A program made the position numbers and the translations under genes. DNA of 64,000 bases from Phoronis australis (taxonomy: Eukaryota; Animalia; Phoronida). Every line of letters begins with the position of its first letter. The first letter of the stretch is position 1. The DNA lies in assembly GCA_002633005.1 (NCBI GenBank), contig NMRA01000912.1, forward strand, positions 37,629 to 101,628, read 5' to 3'. Below, in pieces: positions 35,598-48,200 of this stretch. The notes beneath the pieces were generated by a model. It was not told the DNA's origin. It worked only from the letters and a program-made list of their open reading frames with translations, and did not search any database.

Positions 35598-38439
35598 TTT
35601 ACAACTGCCAGGCATCACGTCGTAGGACACGCTGCGTAACATTATTTAAGAAGGCGACCAAGCTCACTTTCGCCAAGGTCGCTGAGCTCATGACAAAGAA
35701 AATAGTATATGGTTCTAGTCTGGGATTTTTTAAAAAGTAATGTGGTTATGCGCTAGTTTTTAGTTGCGCAAACTTTCAAATAGAAAAAGGCCAACTGAAA
35801 TGGGCCGGTATCCTTTTCCCAACATTGTGTGATGTTGGCTGAAATTATTTAGGTTCTTTTTTCCCCGTTGTTACCTGATGCCAGTTGAAATTGGTCTCGA
35901 TCTATTTTTAAAAGGCGAGGTGCTGATTTTCGAAACAGCCCAGGGTTCTAGTTTCTTGTGCTGTAAGTTGAATTCAAAATTCTTTTTGCCATTTTACTTC
36001 ACTTTGATTACACACTCAATATAAGTGTTTATAAGTTCTATAGCTCTTTGGTTCAAGTAAATCATAGTTTACATACACAAGTGTCTAGTCTAAATTCGCA
36101 CTTGATGACCTCAAGATTCGAGTTACTACTCAAGGAACAACACGGGATTTCGAGTAAAAAGCCAGAGCTTTAATGCTAGGGTAATAAAGTGCAAACTAAG
36201 ATTATTAGAAAATCAGCCAAGAAAATCATTACATACTCGAGCTCAGAATTAAAGAGTCTTAACACTTATCTTTAGTTTGTATTATAGTATAGTATAGCGG
36301 AAAACATAAAAAATACAGTTTGATTTCCAGTACAAAGATTAGACCGAGAACCAATGACATAATTTTTGGTCTTTCGAAGTTTAAAAATTGAAACTGAAAT
36401 AAGTGATTTTGTAGGGAGAATCCGATGACAAAAACAAATGTTCAACTTCATTTGTTCCCTAGAACACTCACTCAAGTCGACGTTGTATGGTCTTCTACTT
36501 AACTTTGCATCTTAGTCTTACCTAGTGGACACCAGTTCGAAGACGTATTAATGTAGCCACGTCATTAGGCATAGGGCAGGAAGGAAGGGGTGCCCCAAGA
36601 ATGCTACACCCCACAATGTTTTATTGGGAAAGTAGATGGGTTGCTTCTGTAGGTTATGGGACAAATGTTATGTAGCCTGGCAAGCCTTTAAAATCTGCAA
36701 CTGTCTTACTTGAAGATAATCATCATTTTTATATCCCGTCTTGTTCATGGGCTTTACTTGAGGAAAACCGTAAGTTTTATTGTCTGTCCTGTTTATGTGT
36801 ATTAGTTTTCTGGTACTTGCAGTGTATTAATGCTTGGGTATGCGGCATGTAAGACAGGGCAGGTACAGTTTATGACCATTGACTTTGTCATAAAATTTGT
36901 GACAGGGTGTTGTCAATATATATCTACTAGTAACAGAACTGTGTGCTAATAAAAGTCAGATCCAACTGGATCGGGGAATTAAATTAGAATTGGTTGAACT
37001 CTGACTTTTGCTGAAGTGTGTGCTAGTACGGTGACTGTCTCAGTTAGACATTTCCCGTTTATGTCACGGTGTGTTTTTACTGGTGATATTTTGAAATAAA
37101 ACGATACTTTATTGATCGTTATGGTTACCGAATCTCTATGTGTTGTTTCTGTAAGTGTGAAATTTTTTGTTGTCCTTCTCCTTCTGGATGGCCTATCAGA
37201 CTGAAGTGTGTGCTTGTTATTGACAGAAAAGAATCCGCAATTCCACACATCATGGTTGGATCCAAGGGGTACACTGATTGGTGTAAAAATTAATATTTCG
37301 AACGCCTTTTAAAAACTCTAGATTCGCCTATATACATTTATTACAGTCGTCGTCTTGTTTTACAACAGAGTCTATGACACAACGGTTTGAATTTTGAGAC
37401 TATGTAGTTTCAATTTGTACACACTACTAGTTCACCACGGTAAGATGAACTAGGCACTAGGACAAGTAATGCTACCAAGTTAAAGAAACGTACATGTACA
37501 TGTTGCGTATCACTGAAATAGCACTTTCTTAAGACACAGTACCTCAGTACTCCCTACATGCGTTTTATTTGTGAAAAAAACGTCTGCATTATCGATGTAA
37601 TTATTATTATTACTTGGTATTACCTGAAATGGACAATTCCAATCGCCTTTCGGGAAATCGGGTCCGTGCAAATGCCCAAGCAGTGGTGTTCGAAATTTCA
37701 GTTAAACTAGTCGAGGTGGAGGGAAATTCCTCCAGTGTAGGTGAGCGAGCCCTTTGGAACTATTTATTGTGTAGACCTACATGGTTTAACTAACGCTGAC
37801 AAAAAATAAGCTCCCTTACAAGCCCAGACTAAAAACTTCGGGAGTGCAGTGACTTAATGGCGCGCCGGAGAGCGGCCCCCTTGACAGCTGATCGTCTTGC
37901 CGGTTTATAAACTCCCCAAAAATATGTTCTATGCAATTATAACGACGAAAACAGTTAATGGCTGTATATTCCCATGTAGAGTATAAAGGAAATATTTCCC
38001 AAACTTTATAAAATGTCTATATTTCACTGATTGTCTTTTCGACTGGGCTGGCAATACCTCCCAGGCCCTAGCAGCACTCCGTGAGAATTTGAGCCAAAGC
38101 ATAAGGAATGTTGTCTGTACAATGGCTTATATAACCGTTTAAGCAATGCGTGGGTCACATGTTTACATGGCTTTATGTTACCAATATTTTAAAACCTCGT
38201 TAGTATTCAAAATTTCAAATTTTATTCTCAAATTTTCCCGGCTTCCACATTGCCAGCGTGCTTTTGTTTACATATCGTTCATCACTAATACGGCGGACCG
38301 CGTCACACGCTCTGTCTGGCTTGTGAGCAGTGTCGTGTCGTCTCCATATATAGCTCGTTGAATTTGACACTCATTACCGTTTATCGACGGCCCATAGGAA
38401 TACATCTTTCAAATTTTACAAATCTCCTACACATTGTTA

Positions 38440-38958
38440 AGGAGATTCGGCTGTAGACACAAAAAACACAATTACCACTAGGGGGCAACACAGTAGTCAC
38501 ACCCGTCCGCCGGAAACTCAACGTCAGTCGTGGCCTTCTCACCAACAACACATGAAAATTTTTATGATCCTTTGAGCGCTACAGTAGTAGCGCACGCCAG
38601 AAAAAGGATGCAAAAATAACAAAAATGTCCACAATGTGGCGTAAAATTCGTCGAATCCGTCGGAAAATAGAATGGCATCATCGCCTCCGTATTATAAACC
38701 TTGCATGAAAATCCATCAAGGAACTGCCAAAATACAGAGGCAAACGTAAAAAAATAAAATTACCACTAGGAGGCACAGCGGTATTCGGGTCGGTCCGAAA
38801 CTCACTTGTCGTCATCTGTCGTAAGCCACACAGGCACACACCTGCCAAATTTCAACAAGATCCTGCATGGGGTTTAGGAAATACCTCCGAGGATGCCAGA
38901 CGCTCTGACAGAGATGACGACAAAATGCGCCCACATATAAATATGTGGACGCATAAAA
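38440..38958 (-). mobile_element. Second copy of the Helentron/DINE-1-like element
   Basis: same hairpin at 38925-38954 and same CCACTAG-core monomers, reverse orientation. Confidence 0.75.
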
Positions 38959-38972
38959 ACAGACTCTTGAAT

Positions 38973-39229
38973 TTACATCTTGGTTGAGTGTTGATCTTGA
39001 GCAGAAAGCTGTTGGGGATACTCATGCTGCTGCTGCTGCTGCTGGTCTGGGTACGGATGTTGACCAACCTGCTGTTGTGGGTATTGGTTGGCCATTGGAT
39101 ATGAAGGGGGTGCGTTCGCTTGATACGCCTGCAAATTGTACTGAGGTTGTGGTTGAAATGGGGTGACATTTCCGCCTTCAACAATGTATTGCTGCCGAGG
39201 GTAAGCCAACGCCGGGTTCACGTTGGAAG
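38973..39229 (-). CDS. Membrane protein A exon 6 (P/Q/Y tail)
   Basis: ASNVNPALAYP..APPSYP..QHSTKM*. Confidence 0.88.
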
Positions 39230-42200
39230 CTGGAATTTGGAAATACAGAACATTTGTCAGCAACTAAACGTCTCGACATTATCTTCTGTTAGAATATAAC
39301 AAAAAACAAGGCCTAAAACAAAACCATACTGTGTCACCTAAATTTGGGGCACACTGAGTAAATAAATATACATACAGTACAGATTGACTACTTTGCTCAT
39401 TTGCTGGGTGTTTAAAACTCAACTTATCAGTTTAAGCTTACAGTGTACCAAGTTTACGAAGACTGCATACAGCTAAAATGTACACTGTAACTCGGTTTTC
39501 AAAATGTTTACCTGTTGTAGATGTGGCAATGGAGACGTTTGTTCTTTGTTGACGTTTCGAAGCTGCGGCGATACAGCAAAAGCAAATGCAAATTGGAACA
39601 CCAATCAAAAGCGCGAGCCCCACGAGACCACCGATCGCAATGCCTATTATGGCGCCGGTCGAAAGATAATCGAGGCTACTAGCTGAAATGAATAAAACAA
39701 CAAAATTTCAAGCAAAGGTAATGTCACAAGCCGACCAGAAAAAATCTAACGTTGCACGTGCAATATACATGTATTTGCTTAATCACAAATAAGTTTTCAA
39801 TCTATGCTACCGCCCACACTACCGTTTATAACTACTACATCGTGCAGTCTCATTTTAGAATCCCAAGCAAAAATCTGAAAACCGGTAAAAATTGCTCAAG
39901 GGAAATTACAATGATTTTCCTTACACAACCTGTCCTTGATACCCATCCGGATGTGACGCCAAATCACGTGTTGTGCAATCTGACCTTTGGCCAATACAAC
40001 TACCTCCTGTGGAATGTAGTCTCGATGTTGGACTCTGTTACCATAAGAGTAGGATGAATATCTCGAAAACCAGACATTTGGTCAAATGTTATGCCAATCT
40101 AAGCTACGATCCAGTTCGTATGGGTACTTCAACATTTTATATTGCTTTTATTTTCTCTCATTTTCTGTAATCGATTTTCAAACATTCTTTCAATTTCTGC
40201 TCAATAATTTCAAGTGCATGCTGTTCCTTTTTGTAAAATCTTTGTAACAAACGAAAAAGAAGTAGTTGTATGGTAAACCCAAAACAAAGAGAGCTGCTCC
40301 AGTGATACATTTGTGAGCAGTAAGCGAGGTAATTACAACCTGCGTTTATCATCCGTATCATGACACAAGCTACGCTAGTTAAGGTTACAAGACCATACTT
40401 TTTCTGTTCCGCTGATTTAAATAGACTGGCTGATCTAATCCTTGATTGTCCAATAAAGAGCTAGATGTCAGAGTTGTTCACCAGACTCACACGCCAATAG
40501 AGTCTGGGTTCGAGACTACGCGAGCTTGCAGGTAACACAATTGATCACGTGACATTTGTGAGGTCACGTTTTATCAACGACGATAAGTTCATAATTAATC
40601 GATTTTTGGGGTTTTGATATTTGAACGTTTAGGATTATGCTCCAAAAGTAATGAGAAGAAACCACGTAACATAGGCAAAATAATTAGACTGGCGTCACCG
40701 ATAATTTCTTAAAATAGCCTTCAGTAGGTTTTTGAGTAATGTTTGAAAACGCAAATAACTGAGTGCTTACAGACTCCTCCATGGTTGGAAATTTTAAGGT
40801 CAACGTTCAGTCCTTCTCGACAGCTTCGAGTTGAACACGAACTTCTGTCCACTACGATGTACACGTAGGGCTGGGTAGTGTAAAATGTACCATAATAAGT
40901 TCTGCCTTGGTACAGTGTTACCTGAAACGAAACAGTACAGGGGAAGACGTCTTAATCTCTGATAATTTCCATTTCGTCAGCTACAGACAGAAGTCTAAGA
41001 TATTCTTCAACATGGGCGCCATTTCACAGATTATCAAAAATAATGCGTGCGCATCCTAGAATAAGGGCTCTTGGGGATATTGGCAACGGAATGACAAATC
41101 GATCTTTTCCGTCTCTGCTCCCTTTTTGATATTACTCAATCTGCACTAACTGATTAATTAACTCAGGTTGAACACGGCGAAGACGAACGCATGTTAACTA
41201 CGTAATACTTGATTAACACACACTGACTTAACCCATTGTTAGTTAAGACTGTACCCTTCGGACACTCTTGGTGTAAAGAGATCAATGCCGCATTTTTGCC
41301 ACAAGACAATCATTGGTCCATCCAGTTACTAATGCTAGAGCAGTGGCGGATATATGCAGGTGATCAAGGAGTCTAGAACCCCCCGGAAGCACGACAAAAC
41401 GTGAAAATTTCCGCCAGCACTACAAAAACGGTACCCCGGGTTGAGTAAACTCGTCGCTAAAATCAGCCCTTGCAGTGTCGAGATCATGCGTGTCTGCGTG
41501 TGTGAGGCAAATTAACAAACAAATAGGCCCAGTGCAAAAATGGATAATAATCAGTTGAAGGGATCTTGAATTTTGAGAACCATTTTGTTCCACTCAGCAA
41601 CAGGCGTCAAACTGATTCTCAAAGTGACTATTGCCGAAAAACAATCACCTTTGGACGGTCCTAACTACATGTATTTGTGCTGAAAAGCGAGAGCTAACGA
41701 TGTGTGTGTTGGCACAATCTTTACTGCATATAAATTAAATTGCTAAACCGACCAGCGCCAATTTGAGGCTTGGGGACGAGGCTGCATAAAAAGCAAAGAG
41801 GTACAACTAGAGTGCTATTGTCAAAGCAAAGCATGATGAAGGGAAATTTACAAACCACGCAATTCGCAATCATGGGGAGTCTAAGACTGACTTTTCCAAT
41901 ACTCTGGTATAACTGACAGCTTTATGCGGCCATTTCCTGGCGAAGGCCCTTTCCCGTGGAAAGACAAAAAGTTCGACATCGTGATGGAAAGCCGTGTTGC
42001 TCCATCAACAACAAACGCAGATCCTGACCATGGCAAAAATGTCTTAGAATGGAACAAAAATATGGGGCACAGACAGCAGAATAAGTTTTGTTCACGCGAT
42101 CGAAAAACGAAGAGCGCGGATTTCGTCCTTCACACTGGTACGTCACATAGGATAGCCAATAACATGCCAGCGGCTAATTAGATTACTGCAATCATAGGCT

Positions 42201-45200
42201 ACAGTACATGGACCGCCAAATATGTGATCTTACGCATAAGCCGTGACGTCATTAAAATTAGCAAGTTTTACTTCCGGCAAGTACGTCGTATGCTAATCAC
42301 GGTCGGCTATTGGGTAGTCGGGTGCAAAAAGTAATGATACCAACAGTTCTACTATTGGAAGATTTTGAACAGCGTTTTAATGACGTAATTATTTTTTCGT
42401 TGTACTGGACAATAAAATAGATGCGAGAATTTCCCGTCACAATACACTAACTGGAAACTCTAGGATAGTACGTAAGAAAATGTTGGAGTTGCAAATCTGT
42501 TGTCTTTAATCATAGGCGGATTTAGGGGGGGGGGCCCAGGGGGCCCGGGCCTCCCCCTTGGCTGCCGCAAAAAAATAAAACAGCAAGAGCGTAGGGAAAT
42601 GTTGAGTTTATTAATTAACCCCAGTAATTAAAATTATACGGATGAAAAAAGATTTAAATGTGTGCAGTTTAAGAGTTNCGTCGTCTGCCCCACTGTACAA
42701 AGAAAAACATTTACTTCATTTTTTAAAGAAAATGGAACCTGAGTGACGATGAAAAAACAGAAGCTGCTGGTAAGATGTGAATTTTAATCGAAGTCTTAGT
42801 GAATCACTCAGAAACTCGCAATACTCTCTTTAGTGTCAAACCTTATCTTGAGACGATTTCCAAAGCAATCCCGTCATTATTGCCAACAAGAAAAACGGAT
42901 TTGGTCTTTTGGGCATTTGAAGAATACGACAAATTTGTTAAGAATCGATGGCACAAAACGTATGATAAGCATTACGAAAAGAAGTAGGTTTCGCGCGCAA
43001 ACGCTGTGGACCATAAACAAGTAAGTCTTTTTGCAATACCGATGTAGTTAAGTCGTGGTGGTGTAGTTGTTACGCACGCCAGCGATGTGCTCCAGGTCGT
43101 GAGTTCGAGTCTGTGACGCACGATTTTTGTTTTTTTCTTTATTGCCTTTTTTTTCTTGGATAATACTTCAGGAATCAAGGAAAATGCTTGCTTTTTAGAG
43201 GTAAAAACAGAAAAATTTCCAGGGCGAGAGGGGGAAAACCCCCCTCCCGACCTCCCCCATTCGGTGCTATGCGCATCTACAATCGTGGTTCAGTTTGCGC
43301 AAGTGCTTACAGCCGAACAAAATGTTGGGCCCCCCTTGTGATATCCTAGATCCGCCACTGTTAATCTATGCTGCAATAGATAAATGCTATGGGTTAATTC
43401 TAAAGCAACTTCTACTCAGAGATCCGCGTTTGCAGACGTTTGTGTATATCACGTGAATACAACCCTACGTCCGATTGGCCAACAACGCTACTGACATCTG
43501 GCGACTGATCAAATTACTTAATGCCACTGCTTTTCGGCCTGTGCCTCGCTCCGTAACGCAAGACACTAGCGAGTGAAATCTTGTGAGATCACGTATTAAG
43601 GTTGCACATGAATATATGTCGCGAAGCCTCGACTCATCTAGGCATCACGCAACGCACTCACCCTCTTTTTCACGACACTTAGTAAAAAACGAGTGTCCCA
43701 GTGCGGGGGTTATAAAAAGGCGTGCAACACTGAACGAGTTCCCATGTGAAGCCAAATTTGATACACTTACTAATAAATTCGAGTATGAGGTGGATCCGTC
43801 ACGAATTTCAACCTTTAGTAAGTTATTGTCAAAGTCGGCTTTCAAAACTTCAATTTTCAGCTTCCTCGATTCGTATGTGAAGTCTCTATCTGTAACATGC
43901 GATGTAAAAAAATAATTATATTGTTGACCATATCTTGCTCCATTTTCTTTGTGCATAGGCGGACTTAGGAAGGGCAAGGGCAGGGCCCCCCCCCTTAGCT
44001 GCCGCAAGCAAAATGAAACAGCAACAGCGTGAGGAAATATTGAGTCCAGTAACTAGGACCGGTAACGGATGAGGGAGGGGCTCAGTTCTCACAGCAATCG
44101 TGTTCCCGTTCTTTTTAGTCCATGGATAGATTTTACTGAACGAAAGGTTCACATCCCGCCCCCCGCAGCTTTCTGGCCCCGGTGCACATACAATCGCGCT
44201 TTACCCAATGCCCCGAGGCAACATGTTGGCCCCCCTTATGGTATCCTAGATCCGCCACTGTTGTGGTAATACCATAGGCCGCAAGACACACAGAAGCTAT
44301 GCCATGGTGTATAACATCATCAAGTAGGCTTTTTGGTCAGCCTCAACGAATTGTAGAATCATGCAGTCGTTCAGGAAAACAATTTTATGTATTTTTGTCA
44401 TTTATTCCATTTGCTTGACAAGATGTTCGTAACACAGACCATATTTTTCCAAAATTTACATTTCAGTTAGACAAATGCTCGTCTTTATATTCAGGGGCAG
44501 ATCCAGGATTTTTTAAAAGGGGGGACTGGATCAAGGATTTCTAAAAAGGGGGTCCAAGTCAACAATTTGAAAATTCTAGATTTTATATCACAAGTAACTT
44601 ACTCGTCCCGTTTAACGCCCATGTTCTATCAAATTTCGCCAATTTACCAAACTTTCACTTTTTAAACACCCATTGCTTAAATACACTCTCATTTAATTGA
44701 TAACATACGGGACTTTTGATTCCAGCACCATACCTTCGTGAATGCTCAGTTCATCTCAAATCGCACGCAATCACTGACCTTGACCTCTCACAAGCAGCCC
44801 GTTGTCTGCGTACCGCCAATATTTTTATTCAATTTGTGTATGTGCACTTAATCGAACTCCCTTGTAGTAGATCGTACATTGGCAGTTGCAATACACGCCC
44901 ACTCCCACGTTCGGCCCTCTAATTTTTGAGAATTCCAATTTATTGGTTTGCGCCCAAGTCGTTAAGTAGGACGAGTAGTGGTATCTCAGTACAGGGCAAA
45001 CAAGTGTCCCTGGTTATTCCATTGTAGAAGGTTAGATAAATAAATACCTGCGTATAGTTTTATCGCACAACGACTTTGTAGCGATTTAGAGCTCCAATGT
45101 GCTCTTCCTATGTAGACATGCTTGCCGTCGTCCCATTCATGAACCTCGTAACTAGACGAATACGAACACTGGCTTACAGAGTCAAGATTGTCTGTAATAG

Positions 45201-48200
45201 CAAAGAATTAGCAAACAAAATAGAAAATTAAACCAGTAAGATTAAAAACCGGCCATTCAAAACCAGCATGCCACTGATTCGCTGAAAAACATGCAGAGCT
45301 CAGTGACCCTGCAACTATGGTGATGACCAGCTACTGACTATATTCTATGTATCTCTCACTTCATTTTATGCATGTTACCTGAGCTGTATGTTGGCACTTG
45401 TTGTCCTTTGTAAATATGATCAGGATGATGTCTAATGAATGGACGAAACGTTGATTTAACATGAACTTTGTTATTTGTGCGGCGATCGTCCGGTTTTTAA
45501 AATAGAAAATGAAGTCAATTGCTGTTACACCTAAAGTATTGACAACAAATATCAGGGTCCTGTTTCATGAAAAGTGACTTAGAAAGAAATTCATTTTGGT
45601 CTTACGCCCCGACCACAGCACAATTACTGAATAAAGAAGTAGTATAACTGTAACTATTCGCACGCCACAGCCTAGGACTAGTTGATACAAATTATCTCAG
45701 TAACTAATTTTCTCAGAGACTTAGCGTATTTAAAAATTGAGATTTGAAAAATTTTCAGAAATGATTGTGTTGTGGAGCGTAAGACCAAATATCTATTTTA
45801 AGGCTCATGTCTCTATTCAAAAAACAAATCCCAGATTCCAATACAACAAAGATCGGATAACCAAGCTGCAGCGACGATGACTTGATTTACCAGGAAATTA
45901 CAACAATTGCCATGCGGAACACCAAATGAGACATACCATGGAACTATATTGATTTCTGGTCATTCCAAAATTTTTATTAATATTACCAAAAGTTTTAGCG
46001 AGACATCAATGCACACGCCGAGCATGACTTCTGTTCTATTTCCGGTAAAGAAGGCTCCGTGAAAAGTTAGTGCGCTCCAATCTCAGCCACCTTCAAGTGC
46101 CAAAGCAAAAAACTTTATATTTAGACCTCTGGTCGTTAAAACTTCTGGGGCCCGTTTCAGTAGGGCTCAACACTTGAGACAAACGTTTCGTCTTGCGCTT
46201 CAAATTTCTGGAGTAATTGTGAGTGCATCAGTGTCTAGAAATAATTTACAGAATTTGTCTCAGAAACTAGCTAACATGTGCTAGAGACTTTGAAAATGTC
46301 AAGTGATATTTAACCGTTTTCAGAAATAGCTGTATGAAACGGAAGACCAAAGTTCTGTCCTAAGTCTTAAAGATGCTATGCCTCATTTAATTGTGAATAT
46401 GCAAATGAAGTACTAGTTTACAACCAAACCCGGGGACTTCCGGTGTGCCGGAAACCATCAGAGAAGCAGTTACTATAACAATTTCGAGAAAGTCTCGTTT
46501 TGCGAGACTCATTTTATGTAAATAATTATGGTAATATGTCCTCATTATCTTAATAAAACAAGGCACAGTTTTTATTATTTGTTCATTTCACTATCAAATA
46601 ACGATTGCGTAATGTTTGAATTACTAGTGTTTTCTACATATTCACAGTAATTTTAAAGTGTACCAGTTACGGTGTTTCTCTAAAGCCGCATTTTATTTAA
46701 TTACAAATTATTTCTTTTCCTAATTACGCTTGCGCACACAATTCTCCAAGAAGTCACAAGGTGGTGCTTGCAACAAAGTTAAATATTCACACTTTTAATG
46801 AGACATAGCATCTTTAAGTCACTTTCCATTACAGAGATCACCGTTTTGGAAAAAAAACCCTAAGAGTTCGCCATTGCTCGAGACCCTTTCGCGAGGTCCT
46901 ATAGCATAGGACCTAATGTTACTTAGCTAGATCCCAGGACTTGCGAAGAATAAGCAGTTTTTTATTGCTCGAGGCCATATTCTGCGCATAGAACAATTCC
47001 CCGAGCCCTGGCCACAAGCAATAATGACGAGCTGTAAGTTTCTCCCAAGCCCTCGAACCATCTGTAATTTCATGGGCGGCGCACCATGAGGGGCAGGGGT
47101 AGCTATACCTCCCACTTTTTCAGTGCACCCTATCGGGTGCGCCGCTCACAGACATGGACGGCGCACCCGATAGAGGCCGAGGGGCAATAGCCTCCACTAA
47201 TATTTCAGGGTTGCGTTGCCTATGAATTTGATAATACGATGAATGCTGACAGTCATCCTGTTGAGTAGATAATATAGAGAAAAATAAATCGAATACCGGA
47301 CTTACGGATTTGAGCTGACTACGTTGCGTCCTCATCCCGCCGAGAACATCGGCAGGCCACTGAGGTGTGATGTACATGTACATGTGACTCGTCATGTGAT
47401 CAACAGCACAACTAGTCTGCGCGGAATACTCTTGAGCGCTTTATTCCATGTTCTTGGTAAAATAAATCTCAAACAGCCTTAATTGTCTATTCAAACTTTA
47501 ATTTTCCACTCGTTCATATATTGCCTCTTTAATCCCTCTTCTCAACCCATTTTCTTCCCTACAAAGAATTGTAACACCCTCCATGCAGAAAGAGTGGTAC
47601 GTACCATGTAAGTGAACATCGTCGAATCACACAATCCAAGTAACTGGTCTACGATATTGACTGTCCCGACTTTTCAGGGCTTGCTTGGTTTCACGAATTT
47701 GTTTCCTCACAACCTGGATCTGAGCATAAGCTACCATACATAACATTGTTTTTTTTTTCTCTTTCGCGGTCTTAGCTTTTAAATTCATTAACTGACCCCG
47801 TATTAGGTTCATGGGTTTAAATGAAACAGAGATATCGTGGCCCGTCATGTGAGATTTAATCCGATCTGAGATCCCCGGCACAAAAGGTAACGTTACCCCG
47901 GTGTAGCTCCCCATGTCAGGCTGAGTGTTCTGCCGGCCAGACTCTGCGATGGTCTGCCTTATGCATGGGCGGCACAGAACCGAAAAAAGTGGGGGGCTAA
48001 AGCCCCCCCCCAGCCCCCCTGTGGTGCACCGCCTATAAACCATGGGCGGCGCAGCACTGAAAAAAGTGGGGGGCTATAGCCTCCAGCAACTTATGGTGCG
48101 CCGCCCATGTTATAGAATGACTAATCTGAGGATAAGCACATCTCTTTCACACAGTTCTCTTGTAACCTGACTCTACATCAATGGCCCCATTCGTGTTGGG

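Noticed and set aside
39925-40050. Extra exon of membrane protein A
   Set aside because: Phase does not fit, no counterpart in paralogue B, flanking exons join in frame without it
43890-43935. Apparent broken splice acceptor of gene A exon 3
   Set aside because: Both paralogues have a conserved ttacag acceptor giving identical 119-nt exons
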